The notes under the pieces are model-generated. The model made no database searches, was not told where the DNA came from, and worked only from the letters and a program-made list of their open reading frames with translations. 64,000 nucleotides of DNA, taken from the NCBI RefSeq assembly GCF_018977255.1, contig NW_024704742.1:16990001-17054000 (forward strand), given 5' to 3'. This document shows, piece after piece, positions 26,828 through 40,589 of the stretch. The translations under genes and the position numbers were made by a program. Origin of the DNA: Callorhinchus milii (taxonomy: Eukaryota). Every line of letters begins with the position of its first letter. Positions within the stretch are counted from its first letter, which is position 1.

Positions 26828-27520
26828 CAACAACAACGACTTGCATTTATATGGTACCCTTCACGTGGGGAAGTGTCCCAGAGCACTTGACAATGGCGGA
26901 GTCTGACAGCAAGCCAAGGGGAGAGTGAGGTGACTGTAACAACAACAACAAAATTACATTTATAGAGTGCCTTTCACGTCAGGAGGACGTCCCAAAGCGC
27001 TGAACAATCAGGTGTTGGGGCCTGAACATGGGGGATGGGGGTGGTGTAGGGGTGAAGGAAGGTACAGAGGTGGGAGGGAGACCAAAGGCACGGTCGAAGA
27101 GAAGGGTCTTGAGACCGGCCTTGAAGGAGGCAAGGGAGGAAGCGAGGTGAAGGGACCATAGGATGGAGTTCCAGAGTGTGGGGGCAGAAAGGCTGAACGC
27201 ACGGCCACCGATGGTAGAGCGAGTCGGGCAGGAGACATGGAGTAGGCTGGAGCCTGATGAATGGAGGGAGCAGGCAGGTTGGTAGGGAGTCAGCAGGTCA
27301 GAGAGGTAGTATGATCAAAAAGGTCAAGGCAGGATTTGACCAGAGCCAAGGAGTATGGCTTCCGCCTTGCTGACATTCAGCCGCGGGAATTTGGGCTCAC
27401 CAGAGACTCATCAAACAAGCTGACAGGACATCATTGGGAGTCGCGGGGAGGAGGAGAAGTAGATTTGGGTGGAAGTTGACCCCATGTTTACGGTTGACAT
27501 CGTCAAGAGAGGGCATCTCC
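26828..27520 (-). mobile_element. Cluster of L2 3' fragments (tail about 26828-26937; younger copy about 26938-27310; degraded piece to about 27520)
   Basis: Two (TTG)n tails with hairpins; the 26938 copy closely matches 50875-51240. Confidence 0.82.
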
Positions 27521-30500
27521 CTTCCATGTCGCAGGCTGAATCTTCTTATTATTAGTAAATGAAAGTCCCGAAACCCCCCAATTTTTAGAACTCAAAAATT
27601 GCTAAAAGAAAATCCCCCAAAATGAAATCTCAAACCCCCCAAAAAAATTCAATATTAAAATACTTAATCCAAACTTGGTATAACACCATTATTTAGTGAT
27701 TTGGGGGGTTAATCTGCCGTGGTTTGCCAACACTGGAGGACTTTTTGTTTGATGCTTATGATGAAAAAGCAAACACTCCTCCTCCTAGTTAGTGTCCTTG
27801 TCAGTAGGGGAAAACAGCCTGCAGGTGAAAGCTCACTTCCCATGTGTTGATGAACAATAATAAGCCAGCGTGAACAGCTCTGAGTTAATTTGTCCATTTC
27901 AAAGCTTCTAGATTTGTTTCACTCTTTGCCTTGAACAGAATGCTCTTTCTCCACCCTGCTCCCACCAAGATTTGATATGCCTTGTTTCAATGGAAGTTCT
28001 TGTTCTGATGCAGAACGAGGATTAATTCTTGTCTCAAATAGTAGAATACTGTGTACTTTAACTACAAATGCGCAATTGTGATCATCCTCACCACTTTTTT
28101 TAAAAAAAACTTCTGATAGTTTTCACCACCCCAAAGCCATTGGACTTATTTTTCCCTCTGTTGACAGATGCATCCATAAGCATCCTCTTGTACTTTGTGT
28201 GAGCTTTGATAGTGAGTGTTAGTGGACTACTCACACACGGGACATTCCTGTGGATCATATCCTTCCTTGCATAATGTTTTCTCTCTCTCTTTCACACACA
28301 CACACATCACACACCCAACCATATGCAGGCACCTTCCAGCAGGAATCTGTGGTTAGCAATTGGAAACAGAAATCCTGGCTGATTTTTACTTCCTTTGCTC
28401 TGAGGCCAATTCTAGCATTCCAAATTGCTACCTGGTTGAGATCAGCTAATTCAAAAACACCTGGGATTATAATATGTAACCTTCATGGGTTGACTTGTTC
28501 TGAACTAGACAGTGCTTTTATCCACCTGACTAACACGTAAGATGTCAGATTTTTTCAGGCCTTTATCTGAAGTCATGCTGGGAGAAATTACTGTAATGAC
28601 ACCTCAGTAAATTAGAGGAACTTTGGTTGGGAACATCTCTGAGCTTTTCTACTCAACAATATGCATTAAACACCACAATACCATACTACAGTAACCTATG
28701 TAGTTCGATTCTGCTTAAGCAACAGGAAAAGTCTCATCCAAATGAAGTATTTCCTCTTGTGAAAATAACAACGTGTAATTCAATTTTATAGTTATTTCAG
28801 GATTCCACATCATGTGATAAGAAATGCATAGACAGCATCCAAACCCACAATTGGTGTGGCAAGAATACATCTGCTTATGAAACAACAAGTGCTTTGAGCA
28901 CTAAAGGGGATTCTTATTTTCTGCACGTCTCCTCCTCCTAAAGCCGTTTTGCCTTTTTNCTTCTTCTTACAGGGGTACAGAGCACTGTTACCACTTTTAC
29001 TGCCCCAACTGCTGTTCTAATGGGGTCAACCAGCTCAGCACAGAATGGAGTTCAAACTCACTGGATCACCTAGCTGAACTCAGTGAGAAAGGATTTCAAT
29101 AAGAAACTAACTAAAGAGAGATTAACTAACTCAACATAGACTAGGAACATAGACGCCATAGGAATTAATAGACATTAAAAAAAGACTAGTTCGCCTTCTA
29201 CCATCCTGGTAGTCGCATGCTACAATAATGGAGATGTTCATAGCAATTAATTCTGTTTGGATCAGTCTACAACAGAGTGGAAAGCTTTGTGAACCTTAGA
29301 TCCAAAAGTGCCCAACAAGTGATTGAGCCTGGAATCTTCGTCTGAATGGCTCAGCAACTTACGGGATCACTTTATACCAAATTAACTCGAGCACCTTAAA
29401 TAGTTCACCTGCAGAAATGTTTTGTGCATTGGTAGGTTATTTATACAGTACAAAGGTAAATTGATCTCTGCACTATTTCAATATGGATATAAGTGACGTC
29501 TGAATCCAGATCTTTATACATTCTCAATAATCATTTCTCAAATTATATTATAAAATAATTAATTTACAGAACGTAAATTTCACATAAATCACATTTCAAA
29601 GTCATTTAGTTCAGTGTTTCTCGGTTGTTTTGATACTAGGAACTGGCTCAGTTTCTTTATAAAGTGCGGACCCAATAGCATACGGATCTGTTAAGGTCCC
29701 CCAATCTAACAAGATCTGTGGCATGGACCAACCACAACCAGTCCTCAGACCGGTCATTGAGAAACATTGTTTTTGTCAACTAGGGCTAATGGGCTGTTGT
29801 TCTTCAATATTTTTTTCACCATGCTTTTGGTCAATATCATTAATTCTCTCTTCCTGCTCAGTGTTTCCTATAATATTTATTGAGTGCTTCAAGACATTGT
29901 TGCTACATAGAAGATGCTATTTAAGTGCAAATTGTTGCTACTCTTTCCCATAATCCTTTTCTATTCTCCTTTTATAACTGTTGAGTTTAAACTGTAATAA
30001 AATTAGACAATATGCAGAGCATTATATTATGGACATAATATTTTGTTGGGAGTTATTTACACTCTCTGGAACTCTATCCTGTAGTCTCACCGATTCACTC
30101 ACTCGATTCCTTGCTCTCAAGGCTGATCGCTTTGACCACACTTTCATCATCTTTCCCCTCCCCACCCACCTCTCAGCTCCAACCTTCAGCTCGGGTGCTC
30201 AGCCAATACTATTAAGCACCTTGGGATGTCCTCCTGATATGTTAGATACTATACAAATGTAAACTTATATTGAATTATATTTACTGAAAAACTCACTAAA
30301 CAATTTGAAAGAGCAGAATACCAAGTTTGCATGTTTCCATTACAAAACATTCAGCCGTATGTCAAAAAATAAATGTGTCTGTAAAACATTAGCAGTACGA
30401 GACAGTCCAATCTATACACAGTTCACTGGGAGCTGGGGTGGATTTTAAATGTTCTGATTCTAAACAGTATAAACATAAGATTTTTTTTACTGGAATCTAC

Positions 30501-30846
30501 TGCCAGCTCAATTTAATTTTAAATAATGTCTTTGAGACAGTTGGTTGTCTTGGTTGCCTTAATTCAAGAACAAACATGGCATTTTTAATGAGAATATAAA
30601 TCCCCAAGTGTAGGCAGAATATTTACCCTTCTTTGTTTACTCTGAGTTTTGTGCCTTATTACGGGACTCTGAACGAATCCATGTGGGCAGACTGAGTGAA
30701 GCTGCCTTGTTTATACTGCTGGTTCTAAGCATAGTAGCTCCATAAAGCTAATTATATATTTTTTGGCTCCTATATCCAAGCCCATGCCACTCTGTACATG
30801 GGCGGATGTTAGTGCCGGGTTGCATGCGGATGAACATGCAAACGAA

Positions 30847-31400
30847 TACAACAACAAAATTAAATTTTTATAGCGCTTTTACTTCAGAAGGATGTTTCAA
30901 GGTGCTGGAGAGTGAAGGGTTTGCACCTGAGCTGGGGATTGGAATCAAGAGGGGTCGAGCATAGGGAGAGGGGGTAGGAGGGGCAAAAGCACAGTCAAAG
31001 AGGAAGGTTTTGAGACGGGCCTTGAAGGAGCCAAGGAAGGGGATGAGGTGGAGAGATTCTGGGATGGACTTCCAGAGAGTGGAGCAGAAAGGCTGAAGGC
31101 CAGACCACCAATGGTGGGTCGAGTAGGGCAGGGGACTTGGAGCAGGCCAGTCCTGCCAAGTGGAGAGAGCAAACAGGTTGGTATGGTGTTAATAGGCTCC
31201 AGAGGTAGAGAGGAGCAAGGCCATGGAGCACTTTAAAAGTGAGGATAAGGATTTTAAACTTAGTCAATGGTGCTAGGCGTGGATGGGGGGATTGAAGAGT
31301 TGGGAAGTCCGGCGAGTAGGGAGTTAACAGAATTGAGCCTGGACATCATGAATGTTTGAATCAGGATCTTGGCTGCAGAATGTGTGGTAGGTGGAATGGA
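30847..31400 (-). mobile_element. Degraded L2 3' fragment
   Basis: KFKILILTFKVLHGLAPLYL; tail remnant. Confidence 0.8.
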
Positions 31401-32198
31401 GTAGGCAGCAGAAATGTAGCACAGATGATGCTATAACTATAACACTATGCTGCTTCCTCTGTTCACGGGTGTAAGATATGCTCAAAAAAAGAACAGGACT
31501 GGCACTCAGAGGTCAGATTTAGGGAAAAGTCAAGTCCACTCCCATTTCTGATTGGGTTGTAAACAGAGATACATTCTACAATTCTAACTTTTCTTCCTGA
31601 ATAATAATAATTCCTGCTCTCTTGAGCTCCTGGCTACCACATCAGGATCTCTACAGAAAACAATCTCCAGGTGCTGGCTCAAGATAATAAGCAAATAAGC
31701 AAAAATTGTCCATTTGCTAACAAAACATACATGACAACAAACTCTATCTAAGTTAACTAAACACAATTTACAGGCAGAGATCTTTGCTCATGTAGACATG
31801 CACTCTATTTATATCAGTAAAAAAAGCAGGTTCACAATTGGCATTAAAATACAAAGTGTAAATCACTTGTCATAACAAGCTTGAACAGTCAAGCTGAAGT
31901 CTAAAAATACCTCCAGATTGTAAATAAAATTATCATAGGTTCCCATATGATTGAAGGTTCTCCACCTCAATGATTTCCAGATGGGTGAACCTCTGGTTGA
32001 GATTTTATCCAATACCTATAACCTTGAAATAAGATTAAAGCAACAGTTTATGGTATGTTCTTTAAGTAATTATTGTATTTTTCCAAAACATGTTGGAAAA
32101 TATTTCACATACTTCCCAAGCTCTTTGAAAACATCCAAGTTACTATACAGAACTAAAGAGCTAACCAGAGCAGAGTTACAATGGCTGCTTGAACAGAT

Positions 32199-32520
32199 GT
32201 GGAGTCCTGTAGCTCAGTGGTTAGAGCACTCGCTTTGCAAGCGAGAGACCTGAGTTCAATTCCAGGCAGGGCGAAACCTTGGGCAAGTTTCCTTACTCCA
32301 CACGCCTAATAATAATCCCTCCAAAAAAAAAAAAAACAATAATAAATTGGTCATTTTCAATCTACGACTGTTTGTGGGACATTGCTGTGAGCAATTGGCT
32401 GCCGCGTTCGCCCACAAGTATACAGTCAATTCACTTTACAGTGTGATCTGTGAAGCGCTTTGGGACGTCCTCCCGACGTGAAAAGCGCTATATCAAATGC
32501 AAGGATTATTATTATTATTA
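32199..32520 (+). mobile_element. Full-length young tRNA(Ala)-derived SINE
   Basis: A box TAGCTCAGTGG, B box GTTCAATTCC, anticodon arm CTCGC-TTTGCAA-GCGAG, L2-like 3' hairpin, (ATT)n tail; AGATGT at 32195-32200 and 32520-32525. Confidence 0.94.
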
Positions 32521-33819
32521 GATGTACCTAAAATATATGTGATAAGTAACAATTCTGCCTCAGAGTTTTCCGATGAAATGATTAGCAATACATTTCAAAT
32601 CAACTCAAATATTATTTTTTAATTAAGGCGAAATGATTGTGGGGTTTTTTCCCCAACAAAGCCATCTGTCTTTCATGTAAAGATAAGGAAATCATTACAT
32701 AAGTTTTCATCCCTTGCCTTGGTTTGAGCTGAAATCAAATTCAGAAAGGTTTATCCTTCTAGTTTGAAGGAATAAAAACTTGTGCTCTGCAGCATTATAA
32801 TGCTTGCAAAACTGTGTCTATGGTGTAGGCTGCTTGAGTTACTTCTGAAGAACGTGGATTGCTAACCAAAACACTGACTGGCCAGCGCCTTGGGACGTCC
32901 TCCTGTGGTGAAAGGCGCTTTACAAATGTAATTTTGTTGTTGTTGCTAAAGCAATTTGAATTAAAAAATATTTTACTATCTTAAGTTCAATATAAATAAT
33001 AAAGATTCTAGCTTCAAAGCAATTTCAATGATTGTGAAATATATCCATGGTTTCAGAAGGAAATTTCAATACACTGCCTGTAATACAAAAAAGTCCTTGT
33101 ATGTCCTGACATAAAAGTGAAATAAACCTTCTTCAGATGACTTTTGACTCAAACAGTACAGTATATGATGATGTATTTCTGTTCATGTCTATTACCCATT
33201 ACTTTCGCCAGTTCCAAATTTCTCAACAAACCGCTACAGGTCTGCTGAATCTTTTTATTCCTATAATAAACAGTAACAAATGTGTATGGATTACGGTTAG
33301 ACACAGAAAAACATGGTATGAACCATTCCAGCTTCATTCTTGTCTATTATTGTGATATGTTTGACCCATTAATATCTATAGAGTGCTACTCACATATTAT
33401 TTATCAGCAATTTTATTTGAGGCACTGTTGGCCAGAGTAGAGGGAGCAAAGGATGACCAGGAGGCCAATGCCAGTCGAGCGGAGACGCTGGCTGGTGAAT
33501 TGAATTGGGGAGTGAGGAGGTCGGAGAGGTAGGGAGGTGCCAGGGAGTGAATGGATTTGAACATGCTACATACAGGTTACAGCATCAAATTCCTATCTGT
33601 GCTGAATCATCTGATTTCATCTAGTGAGGTATTTAGGGTGCTTTTTGTAGGATACTGCTCTGCGCAATTGGCTGCCGCATTTTGCCCACAAAATATACAG
33701 TCAATTCACTTTACAGTATACTTTGTGAAGTGCTTTGAGACATCCCAAAGACATGATAAGGCACAATATCAAATGCAAGGATTATTATTATTTCTATCAT
33801 GTTCAGTGCTCTTGCATCA

Positions 33820-34070
33820 CGGAAAGAAACTCAGTCTGGGTTCCTCGCTACTGATCACTATCCAGAGACCGTACTGTTCGATGCAAGTGTTAGACATCAG
33901 AAGGTGAGGTCAGGTTAGCCTATGAGGATAGGCAGGGTGCAATGCCTCCGAGAATCAAACAGCTTGCCATCATTCACTGGGAGCAAAGCTCACAAGCGAA
34001 TCATTGACTCTTGGGTGGAATACCAGAGGGTGACCAGCACTCATGGAACTTCACCCCAAAAGAAGTAAAA
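33820..34070 (+). mobile_element. Old interspersed repeat (probable SINE) with further copies near 39990-40200 (-), 41950-42080 (+), 43288-43460 (+)
   Basis: Shared motifs tgatcactatcc, gtgagg(t/a)cagg, gaatagc among copies; family not confidently named. Confidence 0.55.
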
Positions 34071-36094
34071 TCTCCCTATCCTCCTCCCTTCTCCATGTAG
34101 GCTTTGACAGCAATACCTACAAAGTACTTTGAAACATTTGTGCTGGAGATGCTGTGTAAAAATGCAAGAAATATTATTGTTATATTAATTTGAGAGGGTA
34201 TTTGGATGTAAAAACATATTGATAGGGTCTTACCCTGAAATATTCTTTGTTAAGATAGAACAAAACTAGGTAGTGTTAACACACCATATTCGCCCATACT
34301 TTGAGCTTGTATTATTTTCGTAACGTTTAACATGATTTTGTGAGGAACATTTCTTTTCAAAATGCACACAATTTGAAAGAAGCATACAATCCATTTTTGT
34401 CAAATTGCATATTTTCTGCACGATTTGTGGTCCATCTATTGTTGCCTGGGAGTAAAATCACTTGCTCGGTGAAGCAGCTGCCTTGTGGCCATGTCATTAA
34501 GTGGGTCTATCTGTCAAACAAAATTGCACAAACACCTAAATGGAATCCTTGTCATTGCCCTGAAATTGCACGATGCCTCCCTGGGGACAGACACGTTGCT
34601 GCTGATTAACATATCACCAGTCCCTGTCTGTGGCAGTAAGATGAAGTCATGTTAGCAGCAAGTATCAAATCAGCACTCCAAAACTTCCAATGGTTATTCA
34701 GTTCTTACAAAGTAAGTAAAACCCACCACAGATCTGTGGAGGCCTTTAATAATGTCCAGAAAAAAAACAAATATGGATTAAAATCTTTGTGATTTTCTTG
34801 CTGTCGCTTAAGAGGAAATTTGTTTTGCCCACAAAATATAAAGTCAATTCACTTTACAGTATATTCTATGAAGCACTTTGAGACTCCTCGAAGATGTGAT
34901 AAGGCTATATCAAATCCAATGATTATTATCATACAAATGCTTTCCCAATGCAATGCAGACACAATTCCATATTAAGATTTCAAGGCCTACAAACCAAAGC
35001 TCAAGAGGAAGATACTCCAAAAAAAAAGTTTCACTCATCTCGTGATGTTGGTGACACTGACAATGTAGGCATTTATAGGTCACTCCTTGTTGCCCTGACT
35101 GAGTGGCTTATTAGCCCATTACAGAAAGCATGAAGAGCCAATAATAAAGCGTGGGACTGGAGTTACACGTTTGCTTGACTGGGTAAGCATGGTAGATTTC
35201 CTTCCCTGAAGGACATTGGATATTTGCAATATGAGGTTCAAGTATATTGCATCATTTACTAATATAATGATAACAATCTTTGCATTTGGTATAGCAGGGA
35301 ATCATCCCCTTCAGGTCCTGTTAACCCTGCAAGCCAAAGCCCCAATGGGTAGGGTGGTCCTAGTTGGACAAGCAGTGGGAAGCTTCCCAGAAAGCGATAT
35401 CAATGCCAAGATTTGCGGTTTTAGCTGGTCAGACTCTAGTATTACCCCATTCTGGGGTCCTCAAGCCTGGGCTCTTGCCATTCTGCGCTAATACTTTCCG
35501 GAATTAGGTAAGCCGGATGCATCCTTCCAGGGAGAGAGAGCGCATTCCATTCCAACAATCTATCTCTAGGATTTCCATCGTATGTGGGATGCATGGAATT
35601 CTCAATTTGGTTTGGATACTCTTAAGCATGGTGATGGTTTCCGCATGTGTCAGACACCGGGCTGACCAAAACCATAGCAGTCAACTGCTGTTGTGAATTG
35701 AGTGAACAAATTACGTGATACTTGCTGCAAACATGACTGCTGTGTTCACCTAAACATGCACAATCATTACACTTTTCAGTATTTCCTGTGAAGTGCTTTA
35801 AGACATTCGCTGACGTTAAAGATGCTATATCAAACCTAAAGCTTATTATTTTAAAAGTCTGTGAATTTACAGATTAGGAGAAAGCAGCCTTTGATCTGCC
35901 AACAAGCCAATTATAACCGGATAGAATCTCCACCAGAAAGTCACAATAGACTAATCATTGTATCTGTAAAGAACATGCACTTTCAGCTATTTAATAAAAT
36001 CCTTACCATGATATAATCGGGATGAAATCCAACCTTCTCAAGCAACTGAGATCCTGATGCATAATCTACAGTTCGAACTAAGTAAAACTTACAA

Positions 36095-36450
36095 ATAATA
36101 ATAAATAATAATACTAGCATTTGATTTAATCTTATCACGTCTTCGAGACATCTGACAACGCTTCACCGAATATACTGTAAAGTGAATTGACTGTATATTT
36201 TGTGGGCAAAATGCAGCAGCCAATTGGATTGAGTGAACAATTCATTATTTATTTTTAAAATTGAAGAGATTATTAACTGAAGAAAAGCGATCCATCAATC
36301 GACTAACAACTGGGTTCCTACTCCATGCTAGATAAACAGAAACGTGTGGAGTAAGGAAATTTGCTTAACGTTTCACAAGGCCCGGGAATCGAACCCCGGT
36401 CCTCTCTCTTGCGAGGCAAGTGCTCTAACCACTAAGCTTCAGGACTCCAC
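36095..36450 (-). mobile_element. Full-length older SINE subfamily (same head and tail as the young SINE, longer central domain)
   Basis: Colinear with 59247-59596; central tctgtttatctagca...gtaggaacccagttgttagtcgattg. Confidence 0.85.
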
Positions 36451-37624
36451 AATGGTCACTTTCTGAGGTGGAGTAAATTATATTTACTTTTAAAAAAAGT
36501 GCTTAGTTAATGAAAGGGTTCATCCCTGTTTTCAACATTTCATCTGAATGAAAAGTGAGTGAAAAACTGAACAAAATGAAAAATGAGTTCTCCTGGTGTC
36601 CAGGCTGATAATCCTCCAGATAAAATTGATCATTTCATGGCTGTTTGTAGGTCATTGTTGTGTGCAAATTGCCTACTGCATTCCCCTATAAAAATACAGT
36701 CTCTACAGCAAATCCTGTGAAGCATTTAGACTTCTCAACGATGTGATAAGGCACTATAACAATTGCATGTATTATTATTTTTTTAAGTGTGGAAAACAGA
36801 ATGGTGATACTGTGTGTGTTTAATAAAATGCCATGTGTTTCTCAAATATGCTTTCTAACAACACAGTGATAGAAATGTATTTGTAAATTTGTTTTGCAAA
36901 GCCAGGTTTACTTCCCAACAATGATGCAACTGATCCACATGATCTATGAGGTTAGCACAGCTAATTGTATGAACATATCTCAAACATGACTGAAATAAAT
37001 CATCAGACAAGCTTGCGTTTTGTGGGCATGCATTATGCCAAGAGAAGCGAGTTTCCTGGTTCATTGTTAAAGCTTTGAAACACATCTGCAGTCAGTTTTT
37101 GCTAAGTGCCATAACATTTGTATATAAAAGACCAGATTTGTAATGAACTTGTTACTGTAGCATTCACATCTTGGAACAATTTGATGACAAAAGAGTATTG
37201 TTGAAAGCACAGCCTCAAGACATTTGCCATATAAATCCTCTTTTTTGTTGTTTGCTGCTTTATAAATGTTGAGTATCAAATGATCTGTAATGTGTTCCTT
37301 CTTTTCACGGCTACCAATTAGAACTTTTCAAGGTTTTGCTGCAATTTCACAATTCTCGACTTGTTCTATCTTGTGACTGTTTTGGATAATGTCAATGCCA
37401 GCCACACTGCTGCATTATTCCCAGCAATGACATTGAGCTCATATTGAACCATATCGTGTTGATGCAATGGTAAGGAAAATATTTGAACTTTTTATTTAAA
37501 TTATAAAACTTGCAATAATTCACAGCTTTGTTTCAGTTCATCAAGAAGTTTGTGACAAAGGTAACATCCTTGTTTTCTAAATAAATTATCGTGATAAAGT
37601 AAGTTTTCTTCTACACTACACTCC

Positions 37625-39622
37625 TCAAAATCTACCACTCCACTCTAGCCTCGGCCAAATCGTCCTTCTACTCCAGGATAAACCTGGAGGCGAAGGACAA
37701 CCCCAACTTCTGTTCTCTACCACATCCCAACTCCTCCATCCCCCCGCCACCCCGCGCAGGTCATCTCCTCCAACCTTCACTGCGAGGAGATGCTGGATTT
37801 CCTTGAATCCAAGATCAAGGGAATTCGCTCCGCGGTCACTTCCCATCCAACAACCACCCACTACCCACCACTTCCCTCCCACACTCCGACTCCTATGCAT
37901 CCTCCCCTACACACCTTCGTACCCGTTTCCCCACCCTCTGTCACCAAACTCATCCTATCCCTTAAACCCACCACCTGCTCCCTTGACCCCATCCCCACTC
38001 CACTCCTTATCTCCCAGCTCCACCTCCTTGCCCCACATATCACAGACATCGTCAACCTGTCCCTCTCCTCTGGCTCTATTCCCATTCCCTTAAAAACTGC
38101 CACCATCACTCCCATCTTAAAAAAACCCTCCCTTGATGCGTCGCAGCTATCAAGCTACCGGCCCATCTCCAACCTCCCCTTCCTGTCCAAGGTCCTGGAA
38201 CGAGTTGTCGCCTCCCAGCTGCGCTCTTTCCTCTCCAACCATTCACTATTCGAACCCCTTCAGTTGGGTTTCCGTGCTGCCCATAGCACAGAAACTGCCC
38301 TGATCAAGGTCACCAATGACATCCTGACCATCTTTGACCAGGGCTCCCTCTGCCTCCTCGTCCTCCTCGACCTATCGGCAGCATTCGATACGGTCGACCA
38401 CGCTATCCTCCTCCACCGCTTGTCCTCCCACCTCAACCTTCAAGGCCCTATCCTTGAGTGGTTTAGGTCGTACCTCTCCCAACGTCTCCACTTTGTCTCC
38501 ACAAACGGCTTTTCCTCCAGGCCCCGCACTGTCTCGTGCGGTGTCCCTCAGGGCTCTGTCTTCGGTCCCCTCCTCTTCACCCTCTATATGCTCCCCCTTG
38601 GTGACATCATCCGCAGACATGGGGTTAACTTCCACATGTATGCGGATGACACCCAACTCTACCTTTCCTCCTCTACCCTCAACTCCACGACTACCGATGT
38701 CCTGACAGTCTGCCTGTCTGACATCGAGTCCTGGACGAGAGATAACTTTCTCCAGCTCAACGTGCGCAAAACTGAGGCCCTCCTGATTGGCTCACGTCAG
38801 CGCCTCCGCACCTCAGGCGCTGACAGCATCAGCATCCAAGGCTGCACTCTCCACCTCTCAAAGCCAGTCAGGAACCTCGGGTTCTGTTCGACCCTGAGCT
38901 GTCCTTTCTCCCTCATATCCGCGCCACAACTGGCACCGCCTTCCATCACCTCCGGAATATCGCCAGACTACGGCACTACCTCACCCCTCACGCTGCTGAA
39001 ACTCTGGTCCACGCCTTTATCACCTCAAGGCTGGACTATGGGAACTCTCTCCTCGCCGGCCTTCCCGCCACCTCCCTCCACAAGCTGCAGGTCATTCAGA
39101 ACTCTGCAGCTCGTGTACTGTCCCGCACCAGGCTTCGGGACCACATCACTCCCACCCTCGCTCGCCTCCCATCCCCCAGAGGATCGAATTCAAGATCCTC
39201 ACTCTCACCTACAAGGCCATTCACGGCCTTGCTCCCTCCTACCTCTCCGACCTACTATCCCCCTACTTACCTGCCCGTACCCTCCGTTCCTCTGGCTCCG
39301 GTCTGCTCCACATCCCCCGCCCCAACCGCCTATCATCGGTGGCCGGGCCTTCAGCCTCTCAGCCACTAGGCTCTGGAACTCTATCCCCCAGTGCCTTCGC
39401 CGCCTCCTCCCTTTCCTCCTTCAAGGCCGGTCTCAAGACCTTTCTCTTTGACCGTGCCTTCAGCTCCCCTCTCGACTCTCTACCCCCTCCTCGCTCCCTC
39501 CCTTCCCTCCCCTCACCCTGACCATTTCCCCCCTGCTCGGGTCCTGACCCAACTGTACAGCGCCTTGGGACGTCCTCCCGACGTGAAAGGCGCTCAATAA
39601 ATGGAATCTTGTTGTTGTTGTT
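37625..39622 (+). mobile_element. Young L2 LINE, about 2 kb, 5'-truncated, RT domain uninterrupted up to a frameshift near 38880
   Basis: ORF 37790..39451: [44 protein letters not shown]; no endonuclease domain; 3' hairpin and (TTG)n tail. Confidence 0.95.
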
Positions 39623-40589
39623 TTGAACTCTTATGAAATAATAAGTAATAACCCTGCTAACTTCATTGGCAAATGGATGGCTTTCAGTGTCTTTCAAAGT
39701 CAGAACTTATCTTTGGCTTTTAGATGGACTCTGAGAGCATTCCAAGATGCTCCCCATGTGAAGGCTGCTATATAAATGCAAGTTGTTGTTGTTGTTGAGA
39801 GCACAGCTGAAACATTTTGTGTGTTCATTTCAATCTCTAGATGTTCACTTCCTAAATATCATTGTTTCTACTGTAAATATGATCAGTTGCCCATACTTTA
39901 TAAATTCACTCTTAAGAGGTTTCTGGTTTGTTATTTTTTTAAGGTGTTGAATTAACAACAACAAAATTATATCTGTACAGCGCCTTTTAAGGTACGGTTC
40001 CGTGGAAACTGAGCACAAGACGGTTGAGTGGCCATTCTTCATGTGTGTCCAGATATCGAACGTAAGCAGGCTATTCATCCATAGGGATCATTGCAACCAA
40101 ACCTGATCCTGTCCTCACATGACATATACACTTGAACATATTTCAGTGGGATCAGCAGTCGGAACTATGGCAGATTTTTTTCTTCTAGCCCAGTGTCAAA
40201 TGTAACATCAAATGTAATAACTACTGATAGATGTGAATTTAGCTCTTACCGACGAATCAAACTTAGGACTTCCTTAATATACATTGTTCAGTTTCGCAAC
40301 AAGCAGTAACTTTACCACCGAAGCACTAAGGAAACTGCTTTGTAAGAGTTTCACTGTCTGGACTGTTTTAGTTTGGACTCCCGGTCAGCTGTGTGAAGGT
40401 GTCCTCCCAATATGAATGGGGCCACATATATATAAATTGTTGTTGTTGATCTCTGTACGGCTGTGTACCATGTAATAGAAAATAGGGTTATCTGACAGAT
40501 ATCCCTCCCATTATAGTGTACTTTTTACAGTTATGGAATTCTTCTATATATCATAGCAATTATTATTATACATCTGGTATAATAATAAT

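Noticed and set aside
32201..32275. Apparent tRNA-Ala(TGC) gene (also at about 12770-12846 and 56025-56098)
   Set aside because: It is the head of a repeated SINE: imperfect T and acceptor stems, followed by SINE body and tail rather than a Pol III terminator.
37790..39451. 553-aa ORF as a functional or domesticated reverse transcriptase gene
   Set aside because: 5'-truncated L2 with no endonuclease domain; shifts out of the RT frame near 38880, so the C-terminal part of the ORF is off-frame.
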